Positions 20,646-29,862 of a DNA stretch of 52,382 bases are shown piece by piece. Below the pieces are notes generated by a model. That model searched no databases. It was not told the origin of the DNA and was given only the letters and a program-made list of their open reading frames with translations. Position 1 is the stretch's first letter. Each line of letters opens with the position of its first letter. The DNA is from a virus (taxonomy: Duplodnaviria > Caudoviricetes), in the IMG/VR virus record IMGVR_UViG_3300020403_000015, positions 1 through 52,382 of that record; one strand, written 5' to 3'. Both the position numbers and the translations under genes were made by a program.

Positions 20646-20855
20646 ATGAGCGATAAGGAAAAGCCTGTATCCGTTAGCATTACTGAGAATAGTTTTGAGT
20701 TGATACTCAGGATACTAGGTAACGAGTTCATAGCTATACGAATAGGCAGCACAAACTTCAGCGGTAAATTAATTGCGGGTAGTATCTTATTGCTTTTCTT
20801 TACATTTATGTTGTTAGAAGTTTTTGGATTGTCTAGGATTCTAGGCATTGAGTGA
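20646..20855 (+). CDS. Small membrane protein
   Basis: C-terminal transmembrane segment; lies in the lysis region. Confidence 0.55.
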   Translation: MSDKEKPVSVSITENSFELILRILGNEFIAIRIGSTNFSGKLIAGSILLLFFTFMLLEVFGLSRILGIE

Positions 20856-21220
20856 TGGCTACAAAATTAAACGAGAACACAGAGGTCGCCCTACCTTTAC
20901 GCAACATTATAAGCATGGTTGCTGCGGCTAGTCTCTGCACTTGGGCATACTTTGGTGTGATAGAAAGACTGAACACGCTAGAGACTTCTAGAGAATTAAT
21001 GAATGCTGACTTGCTTAAAAAATCTGAACAGACGACTACGGATTCTGAACAGTACTTGCTGATAGAGCATCTGGCAAGTGAGCTAGAAAAACTACAGGCC
21101 GACATCGCAGGGGGCAAAGCTCCTTATGACCAGCAGCAAAAGCTGACACTGGAATTTTATGAGAAACGAATAACCAGCCTAGAGGAAAACTTAGAGAAGA
21201 TGAGAAATGGAAATCATTAA
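20855..21220 (+). CDS. Membrane-anchored coiled-coil protein (possible spanin/holin accessory)
   Basis: N-terminal TM followed by heptad-rich helix. Confidence 0.5.
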   Translation: MATKLNENTEVALPLRNIISMVAAASLCTWAYFGVIERLNTLETSRELMNADLLKKSEQTTTDSEQYLLIEHLASELEKLQADIAGGKAPYDQQQKLTLEFYEKRITSLEENLEKMRNGNH

Positions 21221-21428
21221 AACCATAACTCTCATATTATATATGCACGGTGATGTAACTGAACACACCGCCTTTGAAAAGATATCTAAATGTCTAAAAG
21301 CCAAAAGAACCATAGAGCGAAACTTGTACAAGAAGAGCCAGACAGTGCGGTACTCCTGCGAGAATAAGACTGTTGAGGTATCCAAAAATGCAGACGGCTC
21401 CAACTACATAGTTCGGATTGTCGAATGA
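21207..21428 (+). CDS. Hypothetical protein
   Basis: 73-aa ORF coupled to neighbours; S.CLKAKR..ER motif. Confidence 0.55.
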   Translation: MEIIKTITLILYMHGDVTEHTAFEKISKCLKAKRTIERNLYKKSQTVRYSCENKTVEVSKNADGSNYIVRIVE

Positions 21429-21592
21429 TTATGTGGGACATGCACAATCACACAACCCCAGAGCAAGCGAGGAAGAACAGAATGAAAGACTGTGTAAAGG
21501 TTTGTACACTCGATTCGACAGGTAAATACTGCACAGCCTGTGGTCGAACCATCGAAGAGATTGAAGAGCGAGGTAAGAAGGATGCAGATTGA
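21425..21592 (+). CDS. DUF1289-like small Cys-rich protein (not in ORF track)
   Basis: Translated by hand: MIMWDMHNHTTPEQARKNRMKDCVKVCTLDSTGKYCTACGRTIEEIEERGKKDAD. C..VC.LD...YC..C.RT.EEI pattern; alternative start 21482. Confidence 0.65.
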   Translation: MIMWDMHNHTTPEQARKNRMKDCVKVCTLDSTGKYCTACGRTIEEIEERGKKDAD

Positions 21593-22034
21593 CTTGTTAA
21601 TGGAAGAATTAACTATTGATGAGGGCTGTAAAACAGAGACATATCTTTGTACCGAATCCGTAGCAACGTTTGGAATCGGACATGCTGTGCGTAAAGAAGA
21701 CCCGGAGTGGGGTAAACCTGTTGGCACTGAGGTGTCAATGCAGCGGGTACGGGAAGTCTTTGAGCAGGACGTAGCAACCTGTGTTGCTGACTGTATGATA
21801 ATATTTAAGTCATGGGAAAGTTATCCTGAGGAAGCACAGCGATGCTTTGCAAATATGTGCTTTCAATTAGGAAGGCCACGGCTATCTCAGTTTAAAAAAT
21901 CAATAGCCTTTGCCGAAGATGGTAAGTGGGATTCCGTAGCCACCGAAATCCTAGACTCTCGCTGGAGTAAACAAACTCCAGAGAGAGCGGAGAGAATTTC
22001 TAAGCGTTTCGCCCGTCTTTCAATTCCTCAGTGA
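21582..22034 (+). CDS. Endolysin, T4-lysozyme-like (GH24)
   Basis: DEG.....YLC.....TFGIGH catalytic motif, NMCFQLG, LDSRWSKQTPERA. Likely start ATG 21582. Confidence 0.88.
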   Translation: MQIDLLMEELTIDEGCKTETYLCTESVATFGIGHAVRKEDPEWGKPVGTEVSMQRVREVFEQDVATCVADCMIIFKSWESYPEEAQRCFANMCFQLGRPRLSQFKKSIAFAEDGKWDSVATEILDSRWSKQTPERAERISKRFARLSIPQ

Positions 22035-22302
22035 TTCTTTTTAAAGTGTCCTCAACAATAGCAAAACCCTCAGACTCCTCGTCTTGAAGCGGAAGTGTAG
22101 CTAATAACTGAGGGCCACCCCCAAACGGCATAGATTTACTATCATAAAAAATCTGAACTAAATTAGCTGATGCCTGTCTATGGATACTAATGTAAAAATC
22201 AGAGGCGGCTAGGTCGATTTTAACTGGCTTTCGGCTTGTGCCATGTTCTATTGAGTAGTCAAAGTCTTTTTCTTTTCTCGTCTCGATAATCTTTTTTTGC
22301 AT
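22000..22302 (-). CDS. Hypothetical protein
   Basis: 100-aa ORF with GGAG RBS, convergent on the endolysin. Confidence 0.55.
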   Translation of the reverse strand: MQKKIIETRKEKDFDYSIEHGTSRKPVKIDLAASDFYISIHRQASANLVQIFYDSKSMPFGGGPQLLATLPLQDEESEGFAIVEDTLKRITEELKDGRNA

Positions 22303-22369
22303 TGCTTATCTCCAGTAAATGTTCGTAACACATGTTACCTTATTACTCAACCACTCCCTTTAAAAAGAG

Positions 22370-22535
22370 TGGTGCAAGTCTGGTGCAACGCCTTGTAAGT
22401 TATTGTAATCATTTAAAAAATATGGCAGTCTCTCCGCCAGCATTTTTGAATGAATTCAAATGGTTACAAGTAAATTGCACCAGAGTTTGTGTCACAGTGT
22501 GTCACAGTGTGTCAAGCTGTTTCAGCTTTGCACCA
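22370..22535. other. Putative attP site (core GTCTCTCCGCCA, 22428-22439)
   Basis: Directly downstream of the integrase. Core resembles a tRNA-Ser 3' end; TGGTGCAA x2 and TTGCACCA x2 arm-like repeats; 10-bp tandem repeats at 22488-22514; IHF-like sites. Confidence 0.7.
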
Positions 22536-23577
22536 CAGAAAATTTAGGCACTTCGATAAGAGAAGAGCCAACCTCAGAACTCTTCTCCATGAACTTAGGG
22601 TCGAATTTTGCATAGTGTTTTTGTGTTATCTCTATGCTTGTGTGGGCTAGATACTTACTCACCTCGTAAATTTCCACACCGTTCTTCACCATGTGAACAG
22701 CACAGGTGTGGCGCATTATGTGAGGTGTGACATCGGCTGATAGCCCAGCCCTCTCAGCCGCTTTCATAAAGTCGGGATAGATTGAGATAAGCGGCTTACC
22801 ATTTTTCTCCACAAGATAACCAGACTTTGACCTGTTAATTGCATCAGCAAGATGCGGCCTAAGTTTTGCTGGCATCCGTATAACTGGGCGTGGCTTCTGG
22901 CGGCCTTTAATTGTTGGGTCACGGAAGTCTATGATATTATCGTCCATCCTTGTACGGTCTTTGTGCAGCCCTAGAATGGCTCCAGACCGCGCTGCCGTTG
23001 ACAGGGCTATGTTGAGCCACAAACTTAAGTGATAGCTGTCAGAGGACTCCAGAAGCGCAGCAATCTCCTCACGCGACAAGTATCTATCTCTCACGCCAGA
23101 GTTAACGTTCTCAAATTGAACAGGGTTCCAGTCAATCAACTCGACCTTGCGACAAAACATTAACGCAGCATGCAGTACGTTTAATTCGCGTGAAGCTGTT
23201 GAGCCTTTTACCTTACGATTTCGTATGTACTCCACCGACTTACGATTTGTAATCGTTGAGATTTCCAAATCACCCATGTATGTAAGAAGTTGCTTTACGA
23301 TAGAATTATGCCTTGCAAGATTTCTCCCCCAAGTTCCCCTCGCAATTAATTCATTCGTATATTCATTCAACACTTGACTTATCTTGGTATAAGGCCCTGT
23401 TTCTTCTGAGTTTAATCCTTTCAGGAAGTTATCATAGAATAGCCTAGCTTCTGTTTCATCTTTAGTCCCTGTTGAAATGCTTTGATATTTTGTTTTCCAC
23501 TGCCCTTCCCTAAAGATTCGTTCAGGCCAGAAGATTTCAAAGTTTCTCTGTCCCTTCCTTCGCAATATATATTCCAT
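22522..23577 (-). CDS. int: Tyrosine recombinase/integrase
   Basis: TAARSGAI (R), K, HIMRH (HxxR), LAH and YA catalytic residues. Confidence 0.92.
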   Translation of the reverse strand: MEYILRRKGQRNFEIFWPERIFREGQWKTKYQSISTGTKDETEARLFYDNFLKGLNSEETGPYTKISQVLNEYTNELIARGTWGRNLARHNSIVKQLLTYMGDLEISTITNRKSVEYIRNRKVKGSTASRELNVLHAALMFCRKVELIDWNPVQFENVNSGVRDRYLSREEIAALLESSDSYHLSLWLNIALSTAARSGAILGLHKDRTRMDDNIIDFRDPTIKGRQKPRPVIRMPAKLRPHLADAINRSKSGYLVEKNGKPLISIYPDFMKAAERAGLSADVTPHIMRHTCAVHMVKNGVEIYEVSKYLAHTSIEITQKHYAKFDPKFMEKSSEVGSSLIEVPKFSVVQS

Positions 23578-23753
23578 TCTCCTTCTCCTTTATTTTCGTA
23601 AGAACAGACGGACGATAACAGAATTCGTACTAATCGTCCACAGCCCAAGACTGAAATATCACCGCGCTGTATCATTCGATACACAGTGGACCGTGATACA
23701 TTCCACCTACTCATTAGTTCTTTGACTGTTAAGACTGTATCTTGCTCTTTCAT
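23421..23753 (-). CDS. xis: Excisionase-like HTH_17 DNA-binding protein
   Basis: LTVKELMSRWNVSRSTVYRMIQRGDI...GRLVRI; immediately upstream of and overlapping int. Confidence 0.75.
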   Translation of the reverse strand: MKEQDTVLTVKELMSRWNVSRSTVYRMIQRGDISVLGCGRLVRILLSSVCSYENKGEGEWNIYCEGRDRETLKSSGLNESLGKGSGKQNIKAFQQGLKMKQKLGYSMITS

Positions 23754-23826
23754 CTCTTACCCTGACTAGTTAATATTAAAAGTTATAAGCAGCGCCTGGC
23801 CGGGCCGGGTCAATATAACTACAAAG

Positions 23827-24285
23827 TTATGACTTCCATTCCTTGATAAGCCTGTCCATTTTTGCACGGGCCAACTCATTATCTTGATGGCCTAAATCAG
23901 ACCTACTTTGAATTTGTAGGTAGGCTCTTAAAGCACATGCGGTTTCCTTCTCCATGTCTCCAAGTCCCCAGCCATAGAACCCTTCGACCGCTGACTTAAC
24001 TTCCATGAACTTTTGGAAACTTTCTTCCTTACAGAGAAGCGCGGCTCGTTGGATGTACCGTTTGTTAGGGCTTTCCTTCGGCTGTTCAGGATTGTCATAG
24101 TCAAGAGCCTGAAGACCAATCGCCAACGGAGTTCCCGGCTGTGCGTGTATCAGCCAGTCAGCATTTCCAAACTCGGCAACGGTCAATGTAAGCTGCCACA
24201 GTCCATCATTGGTTTGGCGCATGTTGTGTTTCTTTGCCTCAAACCCAGAGACTTCTTGGAACGCTGACAGAGGGATAGGTTTCAT
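23827..24285 (-). CDS. Hypothetical phage protein
   Basis: 152 aa with RBS; A..LC....FQ.F and ..SRS.L motifs. Confidence 0.6.
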   Translation of the reverse strand: MKPIPLSAFQEVSGFEAKKHNMRQTNDGLWQLTLTVAEFGNADWLIHAQPGTPLAIGLQALDYDNPEQPKESPNKRYIQRAALLCKEESFQKFMEVKSAVEGFYGWGLGDMEKETACALRAYLQIQSRSDLGHQDNELARAKMDRLIKEWKS

Positions 24286-24464
24286 TATTCTAACTCCTCG
24301 TAATACACAGCTTGATATGCGTCACGGATAAGCGCACCAACAGAGATATGTTTGTTTTGTTTAAGCGTTTGTTGATGGGCAATCTTTGCAAGGACGTTCC
24401 AATCCAGCACAGGCATTAACAAGTTATATGTTTTTGTTTCGTCGGCTAACTTAGGTTTCGGCAT
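24285..24464 (-). CDS. Small ribbon-helix-helix-like protein (not in ORF track)
   Basis: Translated by hand: MPKPKLADETKTYNLLMPVLDWNVLAKIAHQQTLKQNKHISVGALIRDAYQAVYYEELE. Fills the gap and is coupled to both neighbours. Confidence 0.55.
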   Translation of the reverse strand: MPKPKLADETKTYNLLMPVLDWNVLAKIAHQQTLKQNKHISVGALIRDAYQAVYYEELE

Positions 24465-24753
24465 TTGTTTCTCTCCACAAATGTTCTGCTTCTTTCAAAG
24501 CATCCACACCCTCAAGTACCCAGAAAAGACGCTCACCATCTCGACATGTGTGCAGTTTGTGGTGACACATTCCACACAGCGGCACGGTGTATTGGTCACC
24601 CACCTTCTGCCCAAACCCACGCTCTTCAGAGAACTGAATGTGATGGGCGTGAGAACGAGGTGGGTGGAAACAAACCAGACAAGGTAAAGACCTTACCCTG
24701 TCCAGATGTTTCTTTGACCGTACCTTCTTTTCTTTAAAACGGGATGTCATCAT
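24451..24753 (-). CDS. DUF968/Ref-like HNH zinc nuclease
   Basis: RSKKHL..V..LPCLVC...AHH...GQKVGDQYTVPLC..CHH.LH. Start uncertain. Confidence 0.75.
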   Translation of the reverse strand: MMTSRFKEKKVRSKKHLDRVRSLPCLVCFHPPRSHAHHIQFSEERGFGQKVGDQYTVPLCGMCHHKLHTCRDGERLFWVLEGVDALKEAEHLWRETNAET

Positions 24754-25114
24754 CCACAGTGGACTTAGATGTTGCGGCAGCAGCCGCGCCCTTTGGGGGA
24801 AGAGTAAAATCATCAACCCTAACGTCAAGGTTCATGTAACTCTTGCCATCTTTTTCGTTCAGCTTTGCTGAGAGTTTACCCATGATTGTTACGGTTGCGC
24901 CTTTCTTAAAGCCATCAATAAACTTTGACGCGATACCCTCATCTTTGAACCACTTATAGCAGTTGAACCAGTGTGTATGCTGGTTGTCTTCAGCCTTCTT
25001 GTCGTATTGATTTTGAGCAACCTTGAACATCAGAACGTTCTTGTCATTACCGAATAGTTTTGCATCGTCAACAACGTTTCCGCTGAATGTGATTGACTGT
25101 AAATTATCTGCCAT
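24734..25114 (-). CDS. ssb: Single-stranded DNA-binding protein
   Basis: OB-fold pattern (G.V..D, THWFNC, KKG..V.I.G.L) and DDDIPF C-terminus. Confidence 0.9.
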   Translation of the reverse strand: MADNLQSITFSGNVVDDAKLFGNDKNVLMFKVAQNQYDKKAEDNQHTHWFNCYKWFKDEGIASKFIDGFKKGATVTIMGKLSAKLNEKDGKSYMNLDVRVDDFTLPPKGAAAAATSKSTVDDDIPF

Positions 25115-25124
25115 TTTCTTTTCC

Positions 25125-25757
25125 TTATGCTATATCAGGAAGACTGTTCCTGATTTCTTTAATTTCTTTTTCTATTTCAGAGTGCTTTTCCTCTGAATCT
25201 GACTTCAGGTCTTCAAGAAAACCCTTATGTTCTTTGAGCAAACTGTTTACCTCTGTCTTGCTCTTGCAAGAGTTCATCCTGTCGAGGAGTTTGTCAGCCG
25301 TGATTAGATGAATAACCTTGCCTGTTTCGATAGCATCAAGAACCTCATTTGCTGAAGCCATCTGCCCACCATGTACGCCAAGGTTCCCGATTAAACGCCC
25401 AAGAGCCGAGGTCTCTCCATTCTCGACAGCACTGGTTTTATTTATGTTGTGAGCAGACCTTAGTTCTTCAGCAGTACCTGTTGCTTTTACGTTCTTCATA
25501 GAGACACACTCAAAGCCGTCCTCATTGATGATGACATCAATCTCTTCAGCCAAGTAAGCGCGGGTAACAACCTTTTCGTCAGTGATATCAACCCGTGTAA
25601 ACACATTGGTCAGAGGAAGAATGTCCTCTGCTGTCATGTTTGACCTGAACAACTCCATCCTCAAAGGGACTGTCGAATATTCCTTGCCCTTTATATCAAC
25701 CTTACCTACTTCGGCATCGTTGATTTTTTTCTGAAGGTCTTTGATTTTATCATTCAT
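25125..25757 (-). CDS. Putative single-strand annealing protein (Rad52/Sak-like)
   Basis: IKGKEY..V..R, ATG.AEE, INKTSAVENGETSALGR.I..LG; between exonuclease and SSB. Confidence 0.6.
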   Translation of the reverse strand: MNDKIKDLQKKINDAEVGKVDIKGKEYSTVPLRMELFRSNMTAEDILPLTNVFTRVDITDEKVVTRAYLAEEIDVIINEDGFECVSMKNVKATGTAEELRSAHNINKTSAVENGETSALGRLIGNLGVHGGQMASANEVLDAIETGKVIHLITADKLLDRMNSCKSKTEVNSLLKEHKGFLEDLKSDSEEKHSEIEKEIKEIRNSLPDIA

Positions 25758-26604
25758 TAGTTACTAACTCCTGAGTAAAAAGTTCAGATTGATATTGCTC
25801 ACAGAACTCAGCCACCTCGCAAAACCTTTTGCATCGAATAGGCTCCGCTGTCCTCTTCTCAATCCTTACAGATGATTTAGTGTTATAGTTTAGGGCTTCA
25901 TCTTCTGTGTTAAAAACCCGGATGGCCTTACCAGTTTTCTGGGAGACCACAGCGTACTTGGGTTGAGACATCCACCTCTCTTCGTCAGTACAAAGCGGCA
26001 TGTCCTCTGAGAAGTGTACCTCTAACCGTTCTTTTATATATGCTTCCGTCTCTTCGGGTGACCACATGTTTAATTCAAACACGGGGAACATTGTATCTGG
26101 ATAGTTACCCGTCACTCTTATATCGGACCAGTCCCTGACAACCGCACTGATGAACAGTCTCTCAGGGTTCATTCCATTCTGACGTAACAGGAAAGCGTAT
26201 ATGTTTAGCTGCCGTTCAAACTCAAGCATATCTGACTGAGCCTTGTAAGATGTCATCACCTTGTAGTCCCAGATGTTTACACCTGTTTCAGTAGGTTCGA
26301 TTGCATCTATAGCACCTGAGATAAATCTACCATCAACATCAGCATAGAAACGTTCTTCAGTTATCCAATCCTTCGGAGCGTAGAACTCCATATGTGCATG
26401 CCATGCCTCTCCCAGCTTGGCAAAGCCACGCTTGAGGTAGTCAATCTTAATATCTTTGAAGTGTTTTTTCTGAAGCCGATGGACTCTTGGCGAGTCCTTT
26501 AGCCTTGTCGCACTGATATCTGTTGGCAATGCGCCACTATCGTAGTTTTCTGAGTGGAGATAATTCTCCAACGACTGGGGTAAAAAGGTGCGTTCTAATT
26601 TCAT
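25750..26604 (-). CDS. PD-(D/E)XK exonuclease (Cas4/RecB-like)
   Basis: G.AWH, E.R, ISG.ID, WDYK, QLNIY and C-terminal RC..FC....FC. Confidence 0.8.
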   Translation of the reverse strand: MKLERTFLPQSLENYLHSENYDSGALPTDISATRLKDSPRVHRLQKKHFKDIKIDYLKRGFAKLGEAWHAHMEFYAPKDWITEERFYADVDGRFISGAIDAIEPTETGVNIWDYKVMTSYKAQSDMLEFERQLNIYAFLLRQNGMNPERLFISAVVRDWSDIRVTGNYPDTMFPVFELNMWSPEETEAYIKERLEVHFSEDMPLCTDEERWMSQPKYAVVSQKTGKAIRVFNTEDEALNYNTKSSVRIEKRTAEPIRCKRFCEVAEFCEQYQSELFTQELVTNE

Positions 26605-26609
26605 TCCTC

Positions 26610-26649
26610 ACCGTATCAAAACGGTATGAGGTTGTCAACATATTTCAGA
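26610..26649 (-). promoter_or_regulatory. Sigma70-type promoter of the recombination operon with adjacent operator-like motif
   Basis: Minus strand reads TCTGAAATATG-TTGACA-17 nt-TACGGT, ending 5 nt before ATG 26604. Confidence 0.65.
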
Positions 26650-26659
26650 CTATGCTAAG

Positions 26660-27328
26660 TCAGAAATCCGCACCCTTCCAAGTCATCATGCCAATTACCT
26701 CGACCTTCTCTGGTGAAACCTTTACAGCGTCTTTACCAAGAACATCAGTTGAGACAGTTATATCTTCATCACCAAACCTTACTTCAGCCCAGCGGAAGTA
26801 CAAACGGTTGTTGTTCTTTATTAAATATACGCCCTTCTTACTGACAGTTTCCTGTGTAACTACTCCAGCGGTAACACCCTCACTATTTAATGCATCACAA
26901 TCTGTGTTGCTAACCCTTACATAAAAGAACTCTCTATCATCACCTTTAATATTCAAGGCTTGAAAGTCTTTATACATGCTTATGGTTGTCAGAAACCTGA
27001 GTTCTTCATCACCGTCTGAGGCAGAATAAATACGGGCCTCGACATAATCCCTGATGTTGACTGAGTCAGGTGCTTTATCTTTCTGTTTAGAAAGACCGAA
27101 CAGGTAGTTCAGGTTAATGTCTAGCTTTTGTCCTATCTCACGGATGAGCATGAGGTCTGGATGAACTGGGCCAGAGACAACGTGATTAAATGTACGAGCA
27201 TCCATGCCAACCAGTTTAGCGGCTTCGGTTTGCGTCATGTCTTTTGACGCTAACACAGTTTTGATACGCTCTCTAAATTCCGGGTAATCACGTTTAACTC
27301 TCGTGATTTTTTTATCTAAAGTCGCCAT
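26660..27328 (-). CDS. CI-like repressor (XRE HTH + degenerate S24-like C-terminal domain)
   Basis: MTQTEAAKLVGMDARTF...P....I..I...LDINLNYLFG; ends EVIG; divergent from the 27445 operon. Confidence 0.75.
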   Translation of the reverse strand: MATLDKKITRVKRDYPEFRERIKTVLASKDMTQTEAAKLVGMDARTFNHVVSGPVHPDLMLIREIGQKLDINLNYLFGLSKQKDKAPDSVNIRDYVEARIYSASDGDEELRFLTTISMYKDFQALNIKGDDREFFYVRVSNTDCDALNSEGVTAGVVTQETVSKKGVYLIKNNNRLYFRWAEVRFGDEDITVSTDVLGKDAVKVSPEKVEVIGMMTWKGADF

Positions 27329-27444
27329 ATATTAACTCCTTTTATAATGACATTATGCATGGAGGTTGGGCTTCCATATGTCTGACATATACATTTATGT
27401 TTTAACAAACAAGTGAACGAAACAGGAACATTGCCTTTTTCAGT

Positions 27445-27882
27445 ATGAAATCTGTAGTTAAAAAGAAAAAAACCGTGAAACGTAGGGCTTCAACCGTCCG
27501 AAAAGAACCTGAATTAGCTATTCAAATAGAAATAATTGAGATGCTAAAGAAGGAACTGAAGAAAAATGTTTGCTTTACTGCCTTCCCAGCGGGTGGCGGT
27601 GGTAGGGTAAGAGGTGCTAAACTGAAACGTGCTGGACTTCAGGCTGGCTGGCCTGATATTCAGCTAGTAAGTGACGGAATGTTCTATGGTCTAGAGGTGA
27701 AGACAAAGATAGGAAAACTCTCTCCAGCGCAGCTTGCACTGCATAAAAAACTACAAGCAATCGGGTGTTCCATTGCTGTAGTGCGGTCAGTATCAGAGGC
27801 TAAGGAGAAAATAGTTGACTGGAATATCTCTAGAAGCGATAAACAGAATGTGGAGAGCAGTTGTCCTGCAATCATTACTTGA
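27445..27882 (+). CDS. VRR-NUC domain nuclease (resolvase-like)
   Basis: E..IQ..I, LK..G..AGWPDI, LEVKT..GKLSPAQ, VVRS. Confidence 0.85.
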   Translation: MKSVVKKKKTVKRRASTVRKEPELAIQIEIIEMLKKELKKNVCFTAFPAGGGGRVRGAKLKRAGLQAGWPDIQLVSDGMFYGLEVKTKIGKLSPAQLALHKKLQAIGCSIAVVRSVSEAKEKIVDWNISRSDKQNVESSCPAIIT

Positions 27883-28180
27883 TGCAGCGGGATTAGGCCG
27901 TTCTCTCAACGCCTCTTGGCCTGAATGGAAACACACACAAGTAAAACAGGAAGCCATCCAATGGCTTTCTGAAGACAGTCAAGATTTCTCTGATGTCTGT
28001 GATGCTGCAACCATCCCTCAAGAAGCAATACGAAAATTTGCCAAGCGGCTTATCCGTGGTGACGCTGCTGCAAAAAAATTATTAATCGAATGGCGAGATA
28101 CATTTGCCAAGCAAGGAAGGAAACTAACTGATGGCGTGGAAGTCGAACAAGAACCCGATGTTCAGGACGAAATTCTCTGA
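27815..28180 (+). CDS. Hypothetical phage protein
   Basis: WRAV..Q.L.DA...A..WL....DF..VC..A pattern common in marine phages. Confidence 0.65.
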   Translation: MTGISLEAINRMWRAVVLQSLLDAAGLGRSLNASWPEWKHTQVKQEAIQWLSEDSQDFSDVCDAATIPQEAIRKFAKRLIRGDAAAKKLLIEWRDTFAKQGRKLTDGVEVEQEPDVQDEIL

Positions 28181-29810
28181 GGATATATTCAATACAAAAT
28201 ACGCACACGAAAATGCAACCACATGGGCAGAACTATCACGCACCCTCGTTGAGGATGTCTGCCGTGACATGATGCCTCAGGATGAGAAGGATGAATTGAT
28301 TGAACACCTCACCAATCTTAGGTGGGTAGCTGGTGGAAGGTACTTATATTATGCTGGTCGCAAAAATAAATTCTTTAATAATTGTTTCCTATTAAAAGCA
28401 GAAGAAGACACGCGGGAAGATTGGGCAAACCTGAGTTGGAAGTCCGAGAGTTGTCTGATGACTGGTGGTGGAATAGGTATTGACTACTCAATATACAGGC
28501 CAGCGGGTTCAGCACTGGGTGGAACTGGTGGTACTGCATCAGGTGCAGTGACCAAGATGCGGATGATAAACGAGATAGGTCGCTCTGTTATGCAGGGCGG
28601 GTCGAGGCGGTCAGCAATATACGCCAGTCTGAACTGGAAACACGGTGACATCTATGATTTTCTTAACGCCAAGAACTGGCAAGACATGCCTATTGGTAAT
28701 TCAGGATACACCCTCTTCGATGCCAAGCAGGATGACTTCAACTTCCCTGCCCCGCTTGATATGACAAACATCTCTGTGAACTACGACACAGAATGGCTGC
28801 TTAACTACTGGAAGACAGGCGAGGTTGGTGATGTGTTTATGAAGAACTGTCGTCAGGCTTTATCAACAGCAGAGCCGGGATTTTCTTTTAACTTCTTTGA
28901 CAAAGAGAACGAGACACTTCGTAACGCATGTACGGAAGTTACCAGCGACTCTGACTCTGACCTTTGTAACCTTGCGAGTCTTAACTTTGCTAGGATAGAT
29001 GACATTGACCAGTTAAATTCTATTGTTTATCTCGTCACCAAGTTTCTTATCTGCGGTACGATTGTCGCGCAATTACCCTATGAAAAGATATATGAAACCC
29101 GTGAGAAAAACAGGCGGCTTGGCCTTGGTCTCATGGGGCTGCACGAATGGTTGATTAAGCGAGGCGAAAAGTATGAGGTAACACCTGAGTTACATCGGTG
29201 GCTCAAGGTGTATCAGGATGTATCAAATGGTACTTCTACAAAGTTCGCTGATGAATTAAATGTCAGTCGTCCTGTAGCAAAGAGAGCGGTGGCCCCGACT
29301 GGAACCATAGGCATCATAGCTGGCACAACGACAGGCGTAGAGCCTTTGTTTGCTGTAGCCTACAAGCGTAGGTATCTGAAGAATAATCGATGGCACTATC
29401 AGTATGTTGTGGACGCAGCCGCACAAGAAATGATTGATGTTCACGGTGCTGACCCTGATAAGATTGAATCCGCGATTGACCTTGCTGATGATTACGAGCG
29501 GCGGATGAAGTTCCAGTTCGATGTTCAGTCTTACGTTGACATGTCAATATCTAGTACAATTAATCTTCCTTCGTGGGGTACACCGCTCAACAATGAAGAT
29601 AAGGTTGAGGATTTTGCACAGACGTTAGCCCGTTACGCTCATGGATTGCGGGGCTTTACCGTATACCCTGATGGAGCGCGGGGTGGACAACCTCTCACAT
29701 CTGTGAAATACTCTGAAGCAGTTGAAAAAACTGGCGATGAATTTGAAGAGTCCATCGAAACCCACGACATATGTGACATCACCCAGCATGGCGGTTCGTG
29801 TGGAGTGTAG
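28131..29810 (+). CDS. nrdJ: Class II (adenosylcobalamin-dependent) ribonucleotide reductase
   Basis: NNCFLL, GGGIG.D, RNACTE, CNLAS, APTGT, SISSTIN, Y.DG.R..QPL, C-terminal C...C. No ATP cone and no beta subunit gene nearby. Confidence 0.85.
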   Translation: MAWKSNKNPMFRTKFSEDIFNTKYAHENATTWAELSRTLVEDVCRDMMPQDEKDELIEHLTNLRWVAGGRYLYYAGRKNKFFNNCFLLKAEEDTREDWANLSWKSESCLMTGGGIGIDYSIYRPAGSALGGTGGTASGAVTKMRMINEIGRSVMQGGSRRSAIYASLNWKHGDIYDFLNAKNWQDMPIGNSGYTLFDAKQDDFNFPAPLDMTNISVNYDTEWLLNYWKTGEVGDVFMKNCRQALSTAEPGFSFNFFDKENETLRNACTEVTSDSDSDLCNLASLNFARIDDIDQLNSIVYLVTKFLICGTIVAQLPYEKIYETREKNRRLGLGLMGLHEWLIKRGEKYEVTPELHRWLKVYQDVSNGTSTKFADELNVSRPVAKRAVAPTGTIGIIAGTTTGVEPLFAVAYKRRYLKNNRWHYQYVVDAAAQEMIDVHGADPDKIESAIDLADDYERRMKFQFDVQSYVDMSISSTINLPSWGTPLNNEDKVEDFAQTLARYAHGLRGFTVYPDGARGGQPLTSVKYSEAVEKTGDEFEESIETHDICDITQHGGSCGV

Positions 29811-29823
29811 CAGCCAGTATTAG

Positions 29824-29862
29824 AGATACTGTCATCTGAAATATGTTGACAGTATCTTTTTT
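29824..29862 (+). terminator. Terminator-like hairpin overlapping a promoter
   Basis: AGATACTGTCA / TGACAGTATCT inverted repeat plus T-run. The loop holds TCTGAAATATGT and the 3' arm holds TTGACA. Confidence 0.6.

Noticed and set aside
22400-22440. tRNA gene
   Set aside because: Only the 12-nt 3' end is present, with no T-arm or cloverleaf; interpreted as att core.
23421-23577. Xis-Int frameshift fusion
   Set aside because: int has its own GAAGGAG RBS and ATG, and no slippery site is evident; a simple overlap is sufficient.
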